Assembly: GCA_965227295.1 (NCBI GenBank)
Contig: OZ245742.1
Coordinates: 3,520,001-3,584,000 of the forward strand
Length of the DNA stretch: 64,000 bases
Reading direction: 5' to 3'
Origin: Leptonemataceae bacterium
GTDB lineage: Bacteria; Spirochaetota; Leptospiria; Leptospirales; Leptonemataceae
The number at the start of each line of letters is the position of its first letter. The first letter of the stretch is position 1. Shown here one piece after another: positions 49,810 through 59,382 of the stretch. Under the pieces are notes generated by a model. The model was not told the DNA's origin. It did no database searches and saw only the letters and a program-made list of their open reading frames with translations. Made by a program: the position numbers and the translations under genes.

Positions 49810-50384
49810 GTACACGCTCCAGAGTCATTGTAATCTCTTCGGTTTCCGGCGGCGGGAAGACCTCGCTCATCAGCCGGCTCATCGAGAAACACGGAGAACA
49901 TCTGCACGTCGCCGTGACCGCCACGTCCCGTTCGCCGCGATCCAACGAAAGCGACGGCATCCACTATCACTTCTACAGTGCCGACGAATTCAAACGGAAG
50001 ATCGCCGCGGACGAACTGCTCGAATATGCGGAGGTTCACGGCAACTTCTACGGTGTGCCGGCGGCCCCCGTCGAAGCAAAACTGGCCGGGGGCATCTCGG
50101 TCATTCTGAACATCGATTACCAGGGGATGCGTACGGTGCGCGAGAAGCTGGGCGAGCGCGTGCTTACGATCTTCCTGCTGCCGCCGGACCGCGATGTGTG
50201 GGAACAACGGCTGCGCAGCCGCGGCACCGATTCCGAGGCCGACATCCAGTTGCGCCTGCAGCAGGGCGAAACGGAGATGAAGGTCGCCAACGAGTACGAC
50301 TACTTCGTCATGAACGACATCCTGGATCGTGCCGTAGATGAGGTCGTGCTCATCTTGCGCAAAGAGGGCATCCTTCCCGATTGA
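49803..50384 (+). CDS. gmk: Guanylate kinase
   Basis: SGGGKTS, TSRSPR..E.DG..Y.F, GNFYG, RLRSRGTD. Confidence 0.93.
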   Translation: MLSTRSRVIVISSVSGGGKTSLISRLIEKHGEHLHVAVTATSRSPRSNESDGIHYHFYSADEFKRKIAADELLEYAEVHGNFYGVPAAPVEAKLAGGISVILNIDYQGMRTVREKLGERVLTIFLLPPDRDVWEQRLRSRGTDSEADIQLRLQQGETEMKVANEYDYFVMNDILDRAVDEVVLILRKEGILPD

Positions 50385-51343
50385 CGGCCGCCGGCGAAGC
50401 GTTTCCCGTTCCCGTGCTGATGGGACCGACCGGTTCCGGTAAGACCGCCCTTTCCGCGCTGGTCGATCCGGAACGCTACGAAATCATTTCCTGTGATTCA
50501 CGACAGCTCTACCGGGAACTGGAAATCGGTAGCGCCGCGCCGGAACCGGAGCTGACCGCGCGCATCCGGCATCATCTCATCGGCGTCCTGAATCCCGACG
50601 AAAGCTGCAACGCGGCGGAGTTCCGGCGCCTGGCCCTGGCCGCCATTGAAGATGTGCGCGGGCGAGGGAAGATACCCTTTCTGGTCGGCGGCTCCGGATT
50701 CTACTATCGCGCCCTCAAATCACAGCCGTTCGACGTGCACGTGCCGGAGGAGATTCGCGCGAGCGTCCAGGCGCTCTCTCCGGAGGAACGCATAGGACAA
50801 CTGCGTGTGCTGGACCCGCGGTCCCTGGTGGATCCGGACGCCGGCGAGGAAGTCCGCGCGGGGAAAATCCATCCGAACGATGCGTATCGTGTGGGGCGGG
50901 CGCTGGAGGTCTGCCTGGCCGCCGGCCGGCCCTGGTCATCGTTCTGGACGGAGGCTCTGGAACGTGCGGAGCAGCCCGGCCGGAGCGACACCGGTCTGCT
51001 GTTTAGCGGCTGGCGTCTGGAAACGGACGATCGTAACGCCTATCACGCGCGCCTGCTGGAGCGCTCCCGGGCGATGGTGGCGGCCGGTTTGATCGAGGAG
51101 GCCGGCCGGGTCTTCGAGCGCTACGGCGAGTGCCCGGGTCTCGAGACCCTGGGCTATGATCTGGCTCTGCAGGCCTATCGTGCTCCGGAAACTTTGTCCC
51201 GTGACCTGCTGGTCGAGCGCCTGGCGATCCTGCACCGGCAGTACGGGAAGCGCCAGCGGACCTGGCTGCGCCGGGAAGCGGAACTGAAGCCCATCCGGGC
51301 GGAAGATTTTGCAGGGGAGTGGGCCGCACGGGCCGTCCCGTAA
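50381..51343 (+). CDS. miaA: tRNA dimethylallyltransferase
   Basis: GPTGSGKT, DSRQLYR, HHLI, VGGSGFY, IHPND, KRQRTW. Confidence 0.93.
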   Translation: MTAAGEAFPVPVLMGPTGSGKTALSALVDPERYEIISCDSRQLYRELEIGSAAPEPELTARIRHHLIGVLNPDESCNAAEFRRLALAAIEDVRGRGKIPFLVGGSGFYYRALKSQPFDVHVPEEIRASVQALSPEERIGQLRVLDPRSLVDPDAGEEVRAGKIHPNDAYRVGRALEVCLAAGRPWSSFWTEALERAEQPGRSDTGLLFSGWRLETDDRNAYHARLLERSRAMVAAGLIEEAGRVFERYGECPGLETLGYDLALQAYRAPETLSRDLLVERLAILHRQYGKRQRTWLRREAELKPIRAEDFAGEWAARAVP

Positions 51344-51426
51344 GGCGGCGGCGGTTTATTTTATTGACGCGGGCCGATTCGGCCGTTTTGTATTGATTTT
51401 AGATATATATACATACGGGAAAACGG

Positions 51427-51675
51427 ATGGCCGGCAACAAAAACAATATTCAGGACCTCGTTCTCAACAGCGCTCGCAAAGAAAAAATGGAAATCACTCT
51501 GTATCTTACGAACGGAGTGCCCCTCAAAGGCCGCGTGGCCAGCTTTGACAACTTCACCGTTGTTATTGAAAACGAAGGCAAACAATCACTCGTTTACAAA
51601 CACGCTATTTCTACGATCGTTCTTTCCCGATCCATGAACTTTGACGAACTGACGGCTCAATCCGAAGAGTCGTAA
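51427..51675 (+). CDS. hfq: RNA chaperone Hfq
   Basis: [32 protein letters not shown]; downstream of miaA. Confidence 0.95.
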   Translation: MAGNKNNIQDLVLNSARKEKMEITLYLTNGVPLKGRVASFDNFTVVIENEGKQSLVYKHAISTIVLSRSMNFDELTAQSEES

Positions 51676-51684
51676 ATCTTCCGC

Positions 51685-52686
51685 ATGATCCAGCGATTCT
51701 TTCGGGCTTTCTTCTGGGCGGTCCTCGTCGCTTCAGTCGTCGCCTGGGGGTACTTCGGAGTCGTAAGTGCTTCCACGCGCGAGGCCGTGCTGATCGAAGA
51801 CCGCTACCTTGGCCTCGACGAGAACGTCGTCGAGCCGGGGACGGTGCGTTTCGTCGCGAATCGAATCTTTCCGGGTCGGGTCACACTGCATCGCGTGGAC
51901 ATCGGTCCGCGCATTTTACGATTGCAGCATAAGAAAGGCCTGGCCGAAAGCGAGATGCTCGGCCTCGACGATTCTTTCTACATTCAAACGGAGCTGCGCC
52001 TGGAGTACAGGTTGCTCCCGGAGCGCCTGTTGCCGCTGTTCCTGCGCCTGGAAGAACCGAACTGGGATCTCCTGGATTCTTATCTGCGCATTCGCCTGAA
52101 TTACTTCTTGAATCGCAAGTTGCAGTCACTCTACGAGGACACTGCCAACCTGGACGCGTTGGAGTTGTTGCTGTACGATTACGTGCGCGGTCCGGAACTG
52201 CTCACGGAGTTGAACCAGGAGTTCCTGCCGGACGGCGTGGTCTTTCGAAACATCCTGCCGTCGCGCCTCTACGTTCCGGACGCCGGTTTGTATCGTGCGA
52301 TTCTTGCGGACGAAGATCTCATTTTACAACAAAAGCGAGATCGTCTCAAGCTGGTGGACGACGCCCACGCCCGCCAGGCCGCGGAGCGCATCCAGGACGA
52401 GGCGTATTTCGCGCGCCTGGAACGCATTGGTCGTCTGGTGCGTAAGTATCCGCAGTTGAAGGATTACCTGGCCATTGACCGCCTGAGCGAGGACGTCGAG
52501 GTAATCGTCGTACCGTCGGATCGCTGGTTCCCCACCGAAATCGAACGCGCGCGTGCGAATTTCAGGAAACGTGCGAACGGCAGCGAGCCGGTCGGGAACA
52601 ACCGCGCACCGCGAGAAGTGCAGGAACCGGAAGCACCACCGCCGAATACCGGTGACCCGCGCTTTCGGGATCTGACGCCGCCGTAA
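51685..52686 (+). CDS. SPFH/band-7-like membrane protein
   Basis: N-terminal TM, E.VLI..G...V.PG..F start, helical C-terminal half. Confidence 0.5.
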   Translation: MIQRFFRAFFWAVLVASVVAWGYFGVVSASTREAVLIEDRYLGLDENVVEPGTVRFVANRIFPGRVTLHRVDIGPRILRLQHKKGLAESEMLGLDDSFYIQTELRLEYRLLPERLLPLFLRLEEPNWDLLDSYLRIRLNYFLNRKLQSLYEDTANLDALELLLYDYVRGPELLTELNQEFLPDGVVFRNILPSRLYVPDAGLYRAILADEDLILQQKRDRLKLVDDAHARQAAERIQDEAYFARLERIGRLVRKYPQLKDYLAIDRLSEDVEVIVVPSDRWFPTEIERARANFRKRANGSEPVGNNRAPREVQEPEAPPPNTGDPRFRDLTPP

Positions 52687-52814
52687 CGATAGCGATTCTT
52701 GCGTCAGCGGCGATTGGAAGGGTGGCCGAAGGCCAGGGGCCGACTAAAAAGTCGCGGGCGACGATGTCGCTATCAAACAGTGATACCTGCGAACTTGCAG
52801 CTCTTCGCGCCAGG

Positions 52815-52922
52815 GATTGGAAGGGTCGCGGTGGAGCCGCGAGTCCGGAGCGTAGCAGAGGACCGAAGTGCGTAGCGTGGAGCCCTGCAAAGCGCGGCCC
52901 GAGCGCAGCGAGGGAGACGCCC
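52815..52922. repeat. Dispersed intergenic palindromic repeat, copy B (partial copy C at about 52696-52735)
   Basis: Same ordered blocks as 4741-4836; three GCG(T/C)AGC mini-hairpins. Confidence 0.75.
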
Positions 52923-53067
52923 AAAAAAGCGATCCACCAGGTCTTCTCCGTAGTTACGACAGATGCATCCGCGCTGACGGCATAACACTCTGCATCCCCG
53001 GTGCCAGGAATTCAAAACCGGTTGCCGTACGCGTCGTTCGCGGGGCGTTGGTATGCAGGAACTCCCG

Positions 53068-54240
53068 ATGGCCAAAAAGAAGAAATCCGCGAAATCGAAA
53101 GACAAAGCCAAATCGAAGGACAAAGCCGCGCCGAAGGAAACGAAGCAGAAGGCCGAGAAACCCGTCGTCCTGATCATGGCCGGAGGCAAGGGCGAGCGCT
53201 TCTGGCCGCGGTCGCGGCATTCGCATCCGAAGCAGTTGCAGAAGGTCTATTCGTCGAAGACCCTCCTCGAAGAAACCATTGAACGCGCGTTGACGATTAC
53301 GGATCGTTCGCGCATCTTCATCGGCTGCAACGCGGAACTCAAGCAGGCCGTCCTCAAAACGCATAAGAACATCAAAAAAAGCCAGTTCGTTGTAGAACCT
53401 GAAGGCCGCAACACGGCCCCGATCATCGCCCTGGCCGCGCTTCAGTTTGAGAAAGAGTTTCCCGGGGCGACCCACGTCGTGTTGTCCGCGGATCACTACA
53501 TTAATCCGCTGAAGGCCTTTGAAACCACGTTGAAGAAAGCCATCCAGACGGCCCGGGCCGGGGAGGGCTGGCTCGTGACTCTCGGCGTGCGGCCGAATCG
53601 TCCTGAGGTGGGCTACGGTTACATTCAGGCCGGCGGCGAGTTCGGCGACGGTCTGCCGGCGCAGTCGATCCAGTCGTTCACCGAAAAACCCGACCGCGCA
53701 ACAGCCACGCAGTACCTGGCCGCCGGCAATTACTTCTGGAACTCCGGCATCTTCATCTGGACCGGGCCCCGTATTTTGGAGGAGTTCCGCCAGCACGCCC
53801 CGGACGTGATCGCCCCATTAGAGGAGGGCAAGTCCTTCGCTTCCGCCGGCAAACTCAAAAAGGCCTTCCCGAAGATTCCCGATCGGCCGGTGGACATTGC
53901 GATCATGGAAAAATCGGAGCGCATTGCCATGGTGCCGGCGGAATTCGCCTGGGACGATGTCGGTTCCTGGCTGTCTTTGCGGCGCATCGGCGAGCCGGAC
54001 GCCAACGAGAACCTCACGGTCTCCACGAAGAAAAAGGCGCCCGTCGTTGTGGCCCGCAAGAGCAGCGGGAACCTGGTGGTGAGCGATAAGAAGCTGGTGG
54101 CGCTGCTGGGAGTGGAGAAGCTCGTGGTGGTGGAGGAGGAGGATCTGCTCTTCCTGGCTCACGAGAGCGAGATCGACGGCATCAAGGACTTTCTCGGGGA
54201 ATTCAAGGCGAATCCAGCTTTACAAAAATTCCTGAAATAA
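53068..54240 (+). CDS. manC: Mannose-1-phosphate guanylyltransferase
   Basis: IMAGGKGERFWPRSR..PKQ, EPEGRNTAP, SADH, GYGYI, FTEKP, WNSGIF, WDDVGSW. Confidence 0.92.
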   Translation: MAKKKKSAKSKDKAKSKDKAAPKETKQKAEKPVVLIMAGGKGERFWPRSRHSHPKQLQKVYSSKTLLEETIERALTITDRSRIFIGCNAELKQAVLKTHKNIKKSQFVVEPEGRNTAPIIALAALQFEKEFPGATHVVLSADHYINPLKAFETTLKKAIQTARAGEGWLVTLGVRPNRPEVGYGYIQAGGEFGDGLPAQSIQSFTEKPDRATATQYLAAGNYFWNSGIFIWTGPRILEEFRQHAPDVIAPLEEGKSFASAGKLKKAFPKIPDRPVDIAIMEKSERIAMVPAEFAWDDVGSWLSLRRIGEPDANENLTVSTKKKAPVVVARKSSGNLVVSDKKLVALLGVEKLVVVEEEDLLFLAHESEIDGIKDFLGEFKANPALQKFLK

Positions 54241-54268
54241 AAACCTGCCTTCTTCAGGAAAAAATTGA

Positions 54269-54358
54269 ATGCCTTCCGGTAAAAAACGCAAAAGAAGAAA
54301 GATCCGCACCCACAAGCGCAAGAAGAAGCGCAAATCCGAGCGTCATAAGAAGAAGTAA
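54269..54358 (+). CDS. Small basic protein, bS22 / AURKAIP1-COX24 (mS38) family ribosomal protein
   Basis: ATG..TAA translates to MPSGKKRKRRKIRTHKRKKKRKSERHKKK (29 aa); AGGA upstream; hairpin downstream. Confidence 0.85.
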   Translation: MPSGKKRKRRKIRTHKRKKKRKSERHKKK

Positions 54359-54367
54359 GGCTCGCTC

Positions 54368-54394
54368 GGTGCGGGGATTTTGTATCTCCGCACC
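54368..54394 (+). terminator. Stem-loop after small basic protein gene
   Basis: GGTGCGGGGAT/ATCTCCGCACC 11-bp stem; no clear U-tract. Confidence 0.45.
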
Positions 54395-54451
54395 CGGCGC
54401 ACAAAAACCGCGCTATCCTTCCCTCCCCTCCCGGCCGAAAATCATATATAG

Positions 54452-55390
54452 ATGTTTTCGGCCGCGGGCAAAAATGATTCCTCGGGCGGGCCCCCCCTCG
54501 ATAACGCCCAGTCCAATCGCATCCTGCTCATTCTCGTCGGCACGCTGGTCCTGCTGTTGTTCATGGACTTTCAGGCCCGGCGGCATTTCGAATCCGTGGC
54601 CGGCGCGCCCGCGGATCGTCTGAACCAGAGCGTTGAGGCTCTTTCCACCATCGACACCCAACCCATCCGCGAGAGCGCGGACGAAATCCTGAACGGCGCC
54701 TCCGAGATGGTCGGCGAGTACTCCGGCCAGGCAGGCGAGGCGGCCCGGGACGGCATTGAGTATGCGGGCGACGCGGCGCGGAACGGGGCGGCCGACGCCA
54801 TCCAGGGCGCCGCCGCCGGAGCCGGGGAAGCCGCGGGAGACCTGATCGATGCGGCGGGGCAGGAGACCGCGGGCCATGTGCGGCCGCGCAACGTCGAAGC
54901 GTTGAACGAGGTGAGCCTGCGTCCGCTGGATACGGTCACACTGAAAGACGAGCACATTGAGCTGTTCTTTATTCAATTTCGCAACGGTCGCTCGCGCCTG
55001 ATCCGCGTGCACCGTCCGGTGCCGAAGTCCGCCGTGCGGGACGGCGAACGCATTACCCTCGCCACGGTCCTGGATCTCTTACGCCGCGGTCCTGAGCTGC
55101 GCGAGCGCGGTCTTTTGAACATGTTCGATGACGGCATTCAGATTCGCAGCATGCGCCTGGACAACGGCGTGCTCGTCCTGGATTTGAACGACCGCATCGG
55201 TCGCATGGGAGCACATGTGATTCGCGATCGCCTGGACCAACTGCTCTTTACCGTAACGCGGTTCGCCGAGGTGCGGGGCGTGAAGTTGCTGGTGGACGGG
55301 CGTGAGATTCACTCACTCGGCAGCGGCAAGATCGACGTGCCGGCCGTGATGAAGCCGTCGGATCGGACGTTTTACGATTACGAGGGCTGA
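54452..55390 (+). CDS. GerMN domain protein
   Basis: TM anchor, Ala/Gly-rich linker, LLRRGP...E..RGL, QLLFTVTRFAEVRGVKLLVDG. Confidence 0.82.
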   Translation: MFSAAGKNDSSGGPPLDNAQSNRILLILVGTLVLLLFMDFQARRHFESVAGAPADRLNQSVEALSTIDTQPIRESADEILNGASEMVGEYSGQAGEAARDGIEYAGDAARNGAADAIQGAAAGAGEAAGDLIDAAGQETAGHVRPRNVEALNEVSLRPLDTVTLKDEHIELFFIQFRNGRSRLIRVHRPVPKSAVRDGERITLATVLDLLRRGPELRERGLLNMFDDGIQIRSMRLDNGVLVLDLNDRIGRMGAHVIRDRLDQLLFTVTRFAEVRGVKLLVDGREIHSLGSGKIDVPAVMKPSDRTFYDYEG

Positions 55391-55391
55391 A

Positions 55392-56315
55392 TCAGTCGGA
55401 ATCCCGCACCGCGTAGAACACCATCGAAGAGGTCAGCGCAAAATCACCGAAGGCGACTTTGCCCTTAAGATGATACCAGGCAATCTTAATCCAGCGCAGA
55501 TAGTCGCCGGCTTTCGTGAAGTCTCCACGCGACTTGCGCAGTTTCGCGAGTAATCCGAAGTCCACCGGGCGATAGACGAAGCTCCTGGAAAAGCCGAACT
55601 CCGCGAAGAGCCGCCGGAGGTTTCGGGTGTTGTAGTAAAAGAAGTGTCCGGGTAAATAATAGTGATAATCAGAGCCGGCGCTGCGGGCCTGGCGGCCCAG
55701 GTAGTTCGCCGTTTGAATCACGACCAGGCCGCCCGGGCGCATGATTTCGCGCAGAGCCAGCATGGCAGCGCGCGGATCGGGGAGATGCTCGAAGACCTCG
55801 ATCATTGTAAGCACATCGGTGCTCTGCGGCGGGAGGACGCCGGGCTCTAACTCTCCGCGAACGACATCTAAGCCGCGTTTGCGGGCTTCGGCGGCGGCGT
55901 ACTCCGAGACGTCGAGGCCCCGGGCGCGATAGCCGAAGTCCCGCGCGGCTTCGACGAACGAGCCGAAGGCCGCGCCCACGTCCGTGAAATCCGCCGGGGC
56001 CGGGACAAAACGCGCGATGTTTCGCAGACGGGCGTCGTGCACGTAGCGGTCGTAACGTGTTTTGCGCCGTTCGTCGCGGTAGTTGTACTCGGCTGCGCCG
56101 GTGTAGTAGGCTTCGTCGTAGAGCTCTTCCGGTTGCTCCGGGATCAGCGGTTGCATCTCCAGGTCGCAGCCATGGCAACGATGGATGTCGAAGGCGGGTG
56201 TAAATCGATCGATGGTGTAGAGATGGCGCGGGCTTTCACCGCAGATCGGGCAGACCTCGACCGGTGTTCCCGGGACGGCGTTCATGGGCGGGCAGTGTAC
56301 ATCGACAGCGTTCAT
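55392..56315 (-). CDS. Class I SAM-dependent methyltransferase with N-terminal zinc ribbon
   Basis: CPIC..CHGC; DVGAAFG; EVFEHL.DP; PGG; PGHFFYY. Confidence 0.88.
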   Translation of the reverse strand: MNAVDVHCPPMNAVPGTPVEVCPICGESPRHLYTIDRFTPAFDIHRCHGCDLEMQPLIPEQPEELYDEAYYTGAAEYNYRDERRKTRYDRYVHDARLRNIARFVPAPADFTDVGAAFGSFVEAARDFGYRARGLDVSEYAAAEARKRGLDVVRGELEPGVLPPQSTDVLTMIEVFEHLPDPRAAMLALREIMRPGGLVVIQTANYLGRQARSAGSDYHYYLPGHFFYYNTRNLRRLFAEFGFSRSFVYRPVDFGLLAKLRKSRGDFTKAGDYLRWIKIAWYHLKGKVAFGDFALTSSMVFYAVRDSD

Positions 56316-56334
56316 ACAGCAAGCATCTCCAGGT

Positions 56335-56976
56335 TCAAGGGCGCGCGGCGAAAATCCAGTGGGCGATTCGGCGACTCAGGTCTCCCACGGGCGTGCGTTC
56401 GGCATAGCCTGTGTCTACATCAGCAAATGTTAGCGAGAGCAGCGAGCGCGCTTCGTCTTCGCTGTAGAGCGTGAGCGTCGCCCCGGCCATATCGGGATTG
56501 TCCTGGAAGTGTGTATCGCGAGCCGCGCGCAGCGTTCCCAGGAACCAGCCGTCGGCTTTGAGGACGCGGCGAATTTCGGTGAGCATGGCCGCGACGACGG
56601 TCGCGCTGTTGTAGTGCAACACGCCCCAGCAAACGACTGCGTTCAGAGAACCGTCGGCGATTTCGCTGAGCTGGAAGTCCTCGGGGCGTTCCGGGAGTTC
56701 GAAGAGTCGCGCTTCGGGGCAGGCGGCCCGGGAAAGTTCCAGCGAGTTCGCGGAGGTGTCGGTTCCGTAGAGCGGCGCAAAGCCCAGGTCCGCAAGCAAT
56801 CGCAGATGTCGGCCGCTGCCGCAGCCCAGATCCAGGGCCGCTCCCGGCACGCAGCGTGACTTCAGAAGACGCACTAAGTTTTCGTCAGGGTACGTTTGCA
56901 TGGCTCGTGGACGGGCGTAGTGTTCTTCCCAGGCGGATTGATTGGCTTGTTCCATCATGTCGATCATCTTACTCAA
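56335..56976 (-). CDS. Class I SAM-dependent methyltransferase
   Basis: YPDENLVR, ALDLGCGSGRH, WGVLHY, RVLKADG. Confidence 0.88.
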   Translation of the reverse strand: MSKMIDMMEQANQSAWEEHYARPRAMQTYPDENLVRLLKSRCVPGAALDLGCGSGRHLRLLADLGFAPLYGTDTSANSLELSRAACPEARLFELPERPEDFQLSEIADGSLNAVVCWGVLHYNSATVVAAMLTEIRRVLKADGWFLGTLRAARDTHFQDNPDMAGATLTLYSEDEARSLLSLTFADVDTGYAERTPVGDLSRRIAHWIFAARP

Positions 56977-58262
56977 TCTTCGTACTCAACGAGAGTGTCT
57001 GCGACGATTTCGTCGGCGTCCCGGTCGAGCTGCTCCCCGTGTTCGATGGGGCCGCGCAGGGCGAAGACGGCCAGGCGATCAGCGTTGCCGCCTTCGAAGG
57101 ACGTGCGTTCCCCTGGTTGTTTGAGGCGCCGGGCGAAGATCAGGCCCGGATGCCGTTCCAGATGATCGGGAAAGCGCAGGTTACGCAGAGTGCCCTCGCG
57201 TTGGAGAATAAAACGAATCGTCACTCGAAAGCGTCGTTCGGTGCGATACTCGGGAATCGGGAAGGTGCTGCCGGTAAGCAGGCCGACAAGATCGTGAAAG
57301 TAACTGGTTTCGCGCAGGCGTTCGTAGGCTGCGGGTGCCAGTTGATCCATGAGGTATTCGCCGCCGGTTTCCGGCGCGCATTCCACAAGATACATGCGCG
57401 GATCGCCGCCCCGGCGTTGCACGGGTACCAGAAACTCCGCAACCAGCGGGCCGGTTTGGATACCGCTGATCTCGACGACCTTCTGTAAGTACTGATCCAC
57501 ATAACGACGGACCGGGGCATCGATTTCCGCCGGAAAGTCGTGGCGGGTCTCCACGAAGAGCGGGGGGATCTGCGACGTATGTTTGTCCGTAATGATCAAC
57601 GATTCGTAGTGCCCGTGTTCGACGATCCCCATCACCGTAATTTCTTTCGCGTTCGCGATGCGCTCTTCGACGAGCAGCGTGCCGTCGTCGTGCGGATGTT
57701 CTGCGAGCAGGGCCTCAATGTCGAAGCGATGTTCCAACAAACGCATGCCGAGTTTGCCATGGCCTCGCGCCGGTCGCGCAACCAGCGTACCGCGAGCGTT
57801 CGACAAAGCCGCGCGGTGTTTGTCCGTGGTCCAGGCGTAGTTGCGCGGAATCGGAATTCCGTGATCCGCCAGGAGATTCTTGAACTTACGTTTATCCGCG
57901 AACCGCAGGAGGGATCGCCAGGTATTACCGGGGACACCGAAGCTCCCGGCGATCAGCGCAGCCGCGAGTCCGGCGCGACCGAAGGACCGACAACCCACGC
58001 CGACGACCTCGGCGTCGATCAGGTTCTCTTTGATCTCACGGATGATGTGTCCCGGGCGCAGGATCGATGATTGCAGTTGAATGTTCGCCCGGGAGAACCC
58101 TGGTGCCTGGCTGTCGCGATCCACGGCGATGACCCGATAGCCCAGGTCCCGGGCGGCCTGGATCAGCGGCAACTGATGGCTGCCGGCTCCCAGGGAAATG
58201 AAGTAACGCGGAATTTGATCTTCAGTCACGGTTTCGCCGTCCCCGCGGAAGAGGGTGTTCAT
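56973..58262 (-). CDS. ATP-grasp domain protein
   Basis: LGAG..Q...I..A..LG, DK..FK..L...GIPIP, RP..G.GKLG, LVEE, AEF, LVECAPETGG. Confidence 0.82.
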   Translation of the reverse strand: MNTLFRGDGETVTEDQIPRYFISLGAGSHQLPLIQAARDLGYRVIAVDRDSQAPGFSRANIQLQSSILRPGHIIREIKENLIDAEVVGVGCRSFGRAGLAAALIAGSFGVPGNTWRSLLRFADKRKFKNLLADHGIPIPRNYAWTTDKHRAALSNARGTLVARPARGHGKLGMRLLEHRFDIEALLAEHPHDDGTLLVEERIANAKEITVMGIVEHGHYESLIITDKHTSQIPPLFVETRHDFPAEIDAPVRRYVDQYLQKVVEISGIQTGPLVAEFLVPVQRRGGDPRMYLVECAPETGGEYLMDQLAPAAYERLRETSYFHDLVGLLTGSTFPIPEYRTERRFRVTIRFILQREGTLRNLRFPDHLERHPGLIFARRLKQPGERTSFEGGNADRLAVFALRGPIEHGEQLDRDADEIVADTLVEYED

Positions 58263-58458
58263 GGTTGATCTTCGGCTTAATTCGAAGAAAGGATGACTCC
58301 GAGGACCGAGGTACCGAGATGAAGAAGGGAGAACGGTCGTAGCCTGACCGCGTTCCGCTTACAAACGCACCATCAAAAATACTCGAAATCTTCCCTCGTG
58401 ATCTCGGTCCTCGGATTAAAATCTTTTAGCTTTGTGCGGAAAAACCGATGTTATTCCT

Positions 58459-59325
58459 ATGCTGCGTGGTATGTACATCGGTGCGACGGGGATGGTGATG
58501 AATCAGCATCGCCTGGATGTTATTTCGAACAACCTGGCGAACGTGGACAAGACCGCGTTCAAGAGCGACGAGGCGATCTTCAAGTCCTTTCCCGAAATGC
58601 TCGTGCATCGCATGCGCGAGGACGGCCAGGGTCGCGTGCCCATGGGTTCGTTCGACCTGGCTCCCATGACCGGCAAGCTCGGGACGGGCGTGGAGTTCAA
58701 CGAATCGTTTACGCGTTACGACCAGGGCGCCGCGAAGTATACGACGAATCCGACGGACGTCATGATCGACGATCGCGCGAACAAGCGCCCGGCGTTCTTC
58801 GTGGTAATGACCGACAAGGGCGAACGGCTTACGCGCGCCGGCAACTTCGTGATTGATCGCGACGGCCGGTTGGTGACGCCGAAGGGTTTTCCGCTGATGG
58901 GCGAAAACGGTCCCATTCAAGTCGCCCCGCATAACTTTATGATCCGCGAGAACGGTGAGATCTGGATCAACGGGAAGATCGGCAACGATCCCACCGCCGG
59001 CGCGAACCGCGAGACGAATACCTTCGAAGATCCCATCTTACTCGACAAAATCAAGATGCGCACGGTGGAGTTCCCGCGCGAACTCAAGAAAGAAGGCGAC
59101 AGTTTTTATTTTGTCACGCCCGAGTCCGGTCCCATGCGCACGTTTGATGATCTGAACATGAAGGAACCCGTCGTCCTGCAGGGCTTTCTCGAAACGTCGA
59201 ATGTGAATCTGGTCCGTCAAATGGTGGAAATGATCGAAGTGCAGCGCCAGTACGAAGCGAACCAGAAATCCGTGACGACGCACGATCAATTGCTCGGCCG
59301 TCTGATCAACGACGTCGCCCGCTGA
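58459..59325 (+). CDS. Flagellar basal-body rod protein FlgF/FlgG family
   Basis: [50 protein letters not shown]. Confidence 0.92.
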   Translation: MLRGMYIGATGMVMNQHRLDVISNNLANVDKTAFKSDEAIFKSFPEMLVHRMREDGQGRVPMGSFDLAPMTGKLGTGVEFNESFTRYDQGAAKYTTNPTDVMIDDRANKRPAFFVVMTDKGERLTRAGNFVIDRDGRLVTPKGFPLMGENGPIQVAPHNFMIRENGEIWINGKIGNDPTAGANRETNTFEDPILLDKIKMRTVEFPRELKKEGDSFYFVTPESGPMRTFDDLNMKEPVVLQGFLETSNVNLVRQMVEMIEVQRQYEANQKSVTTHDQLLGRLINDVAR

Positions 59326-59382
59326 TCGAAGCGCGCAGCTTTGTAATCCCGTAAAAAACTCCGTGTCCTCGGAGCCCGGGCG

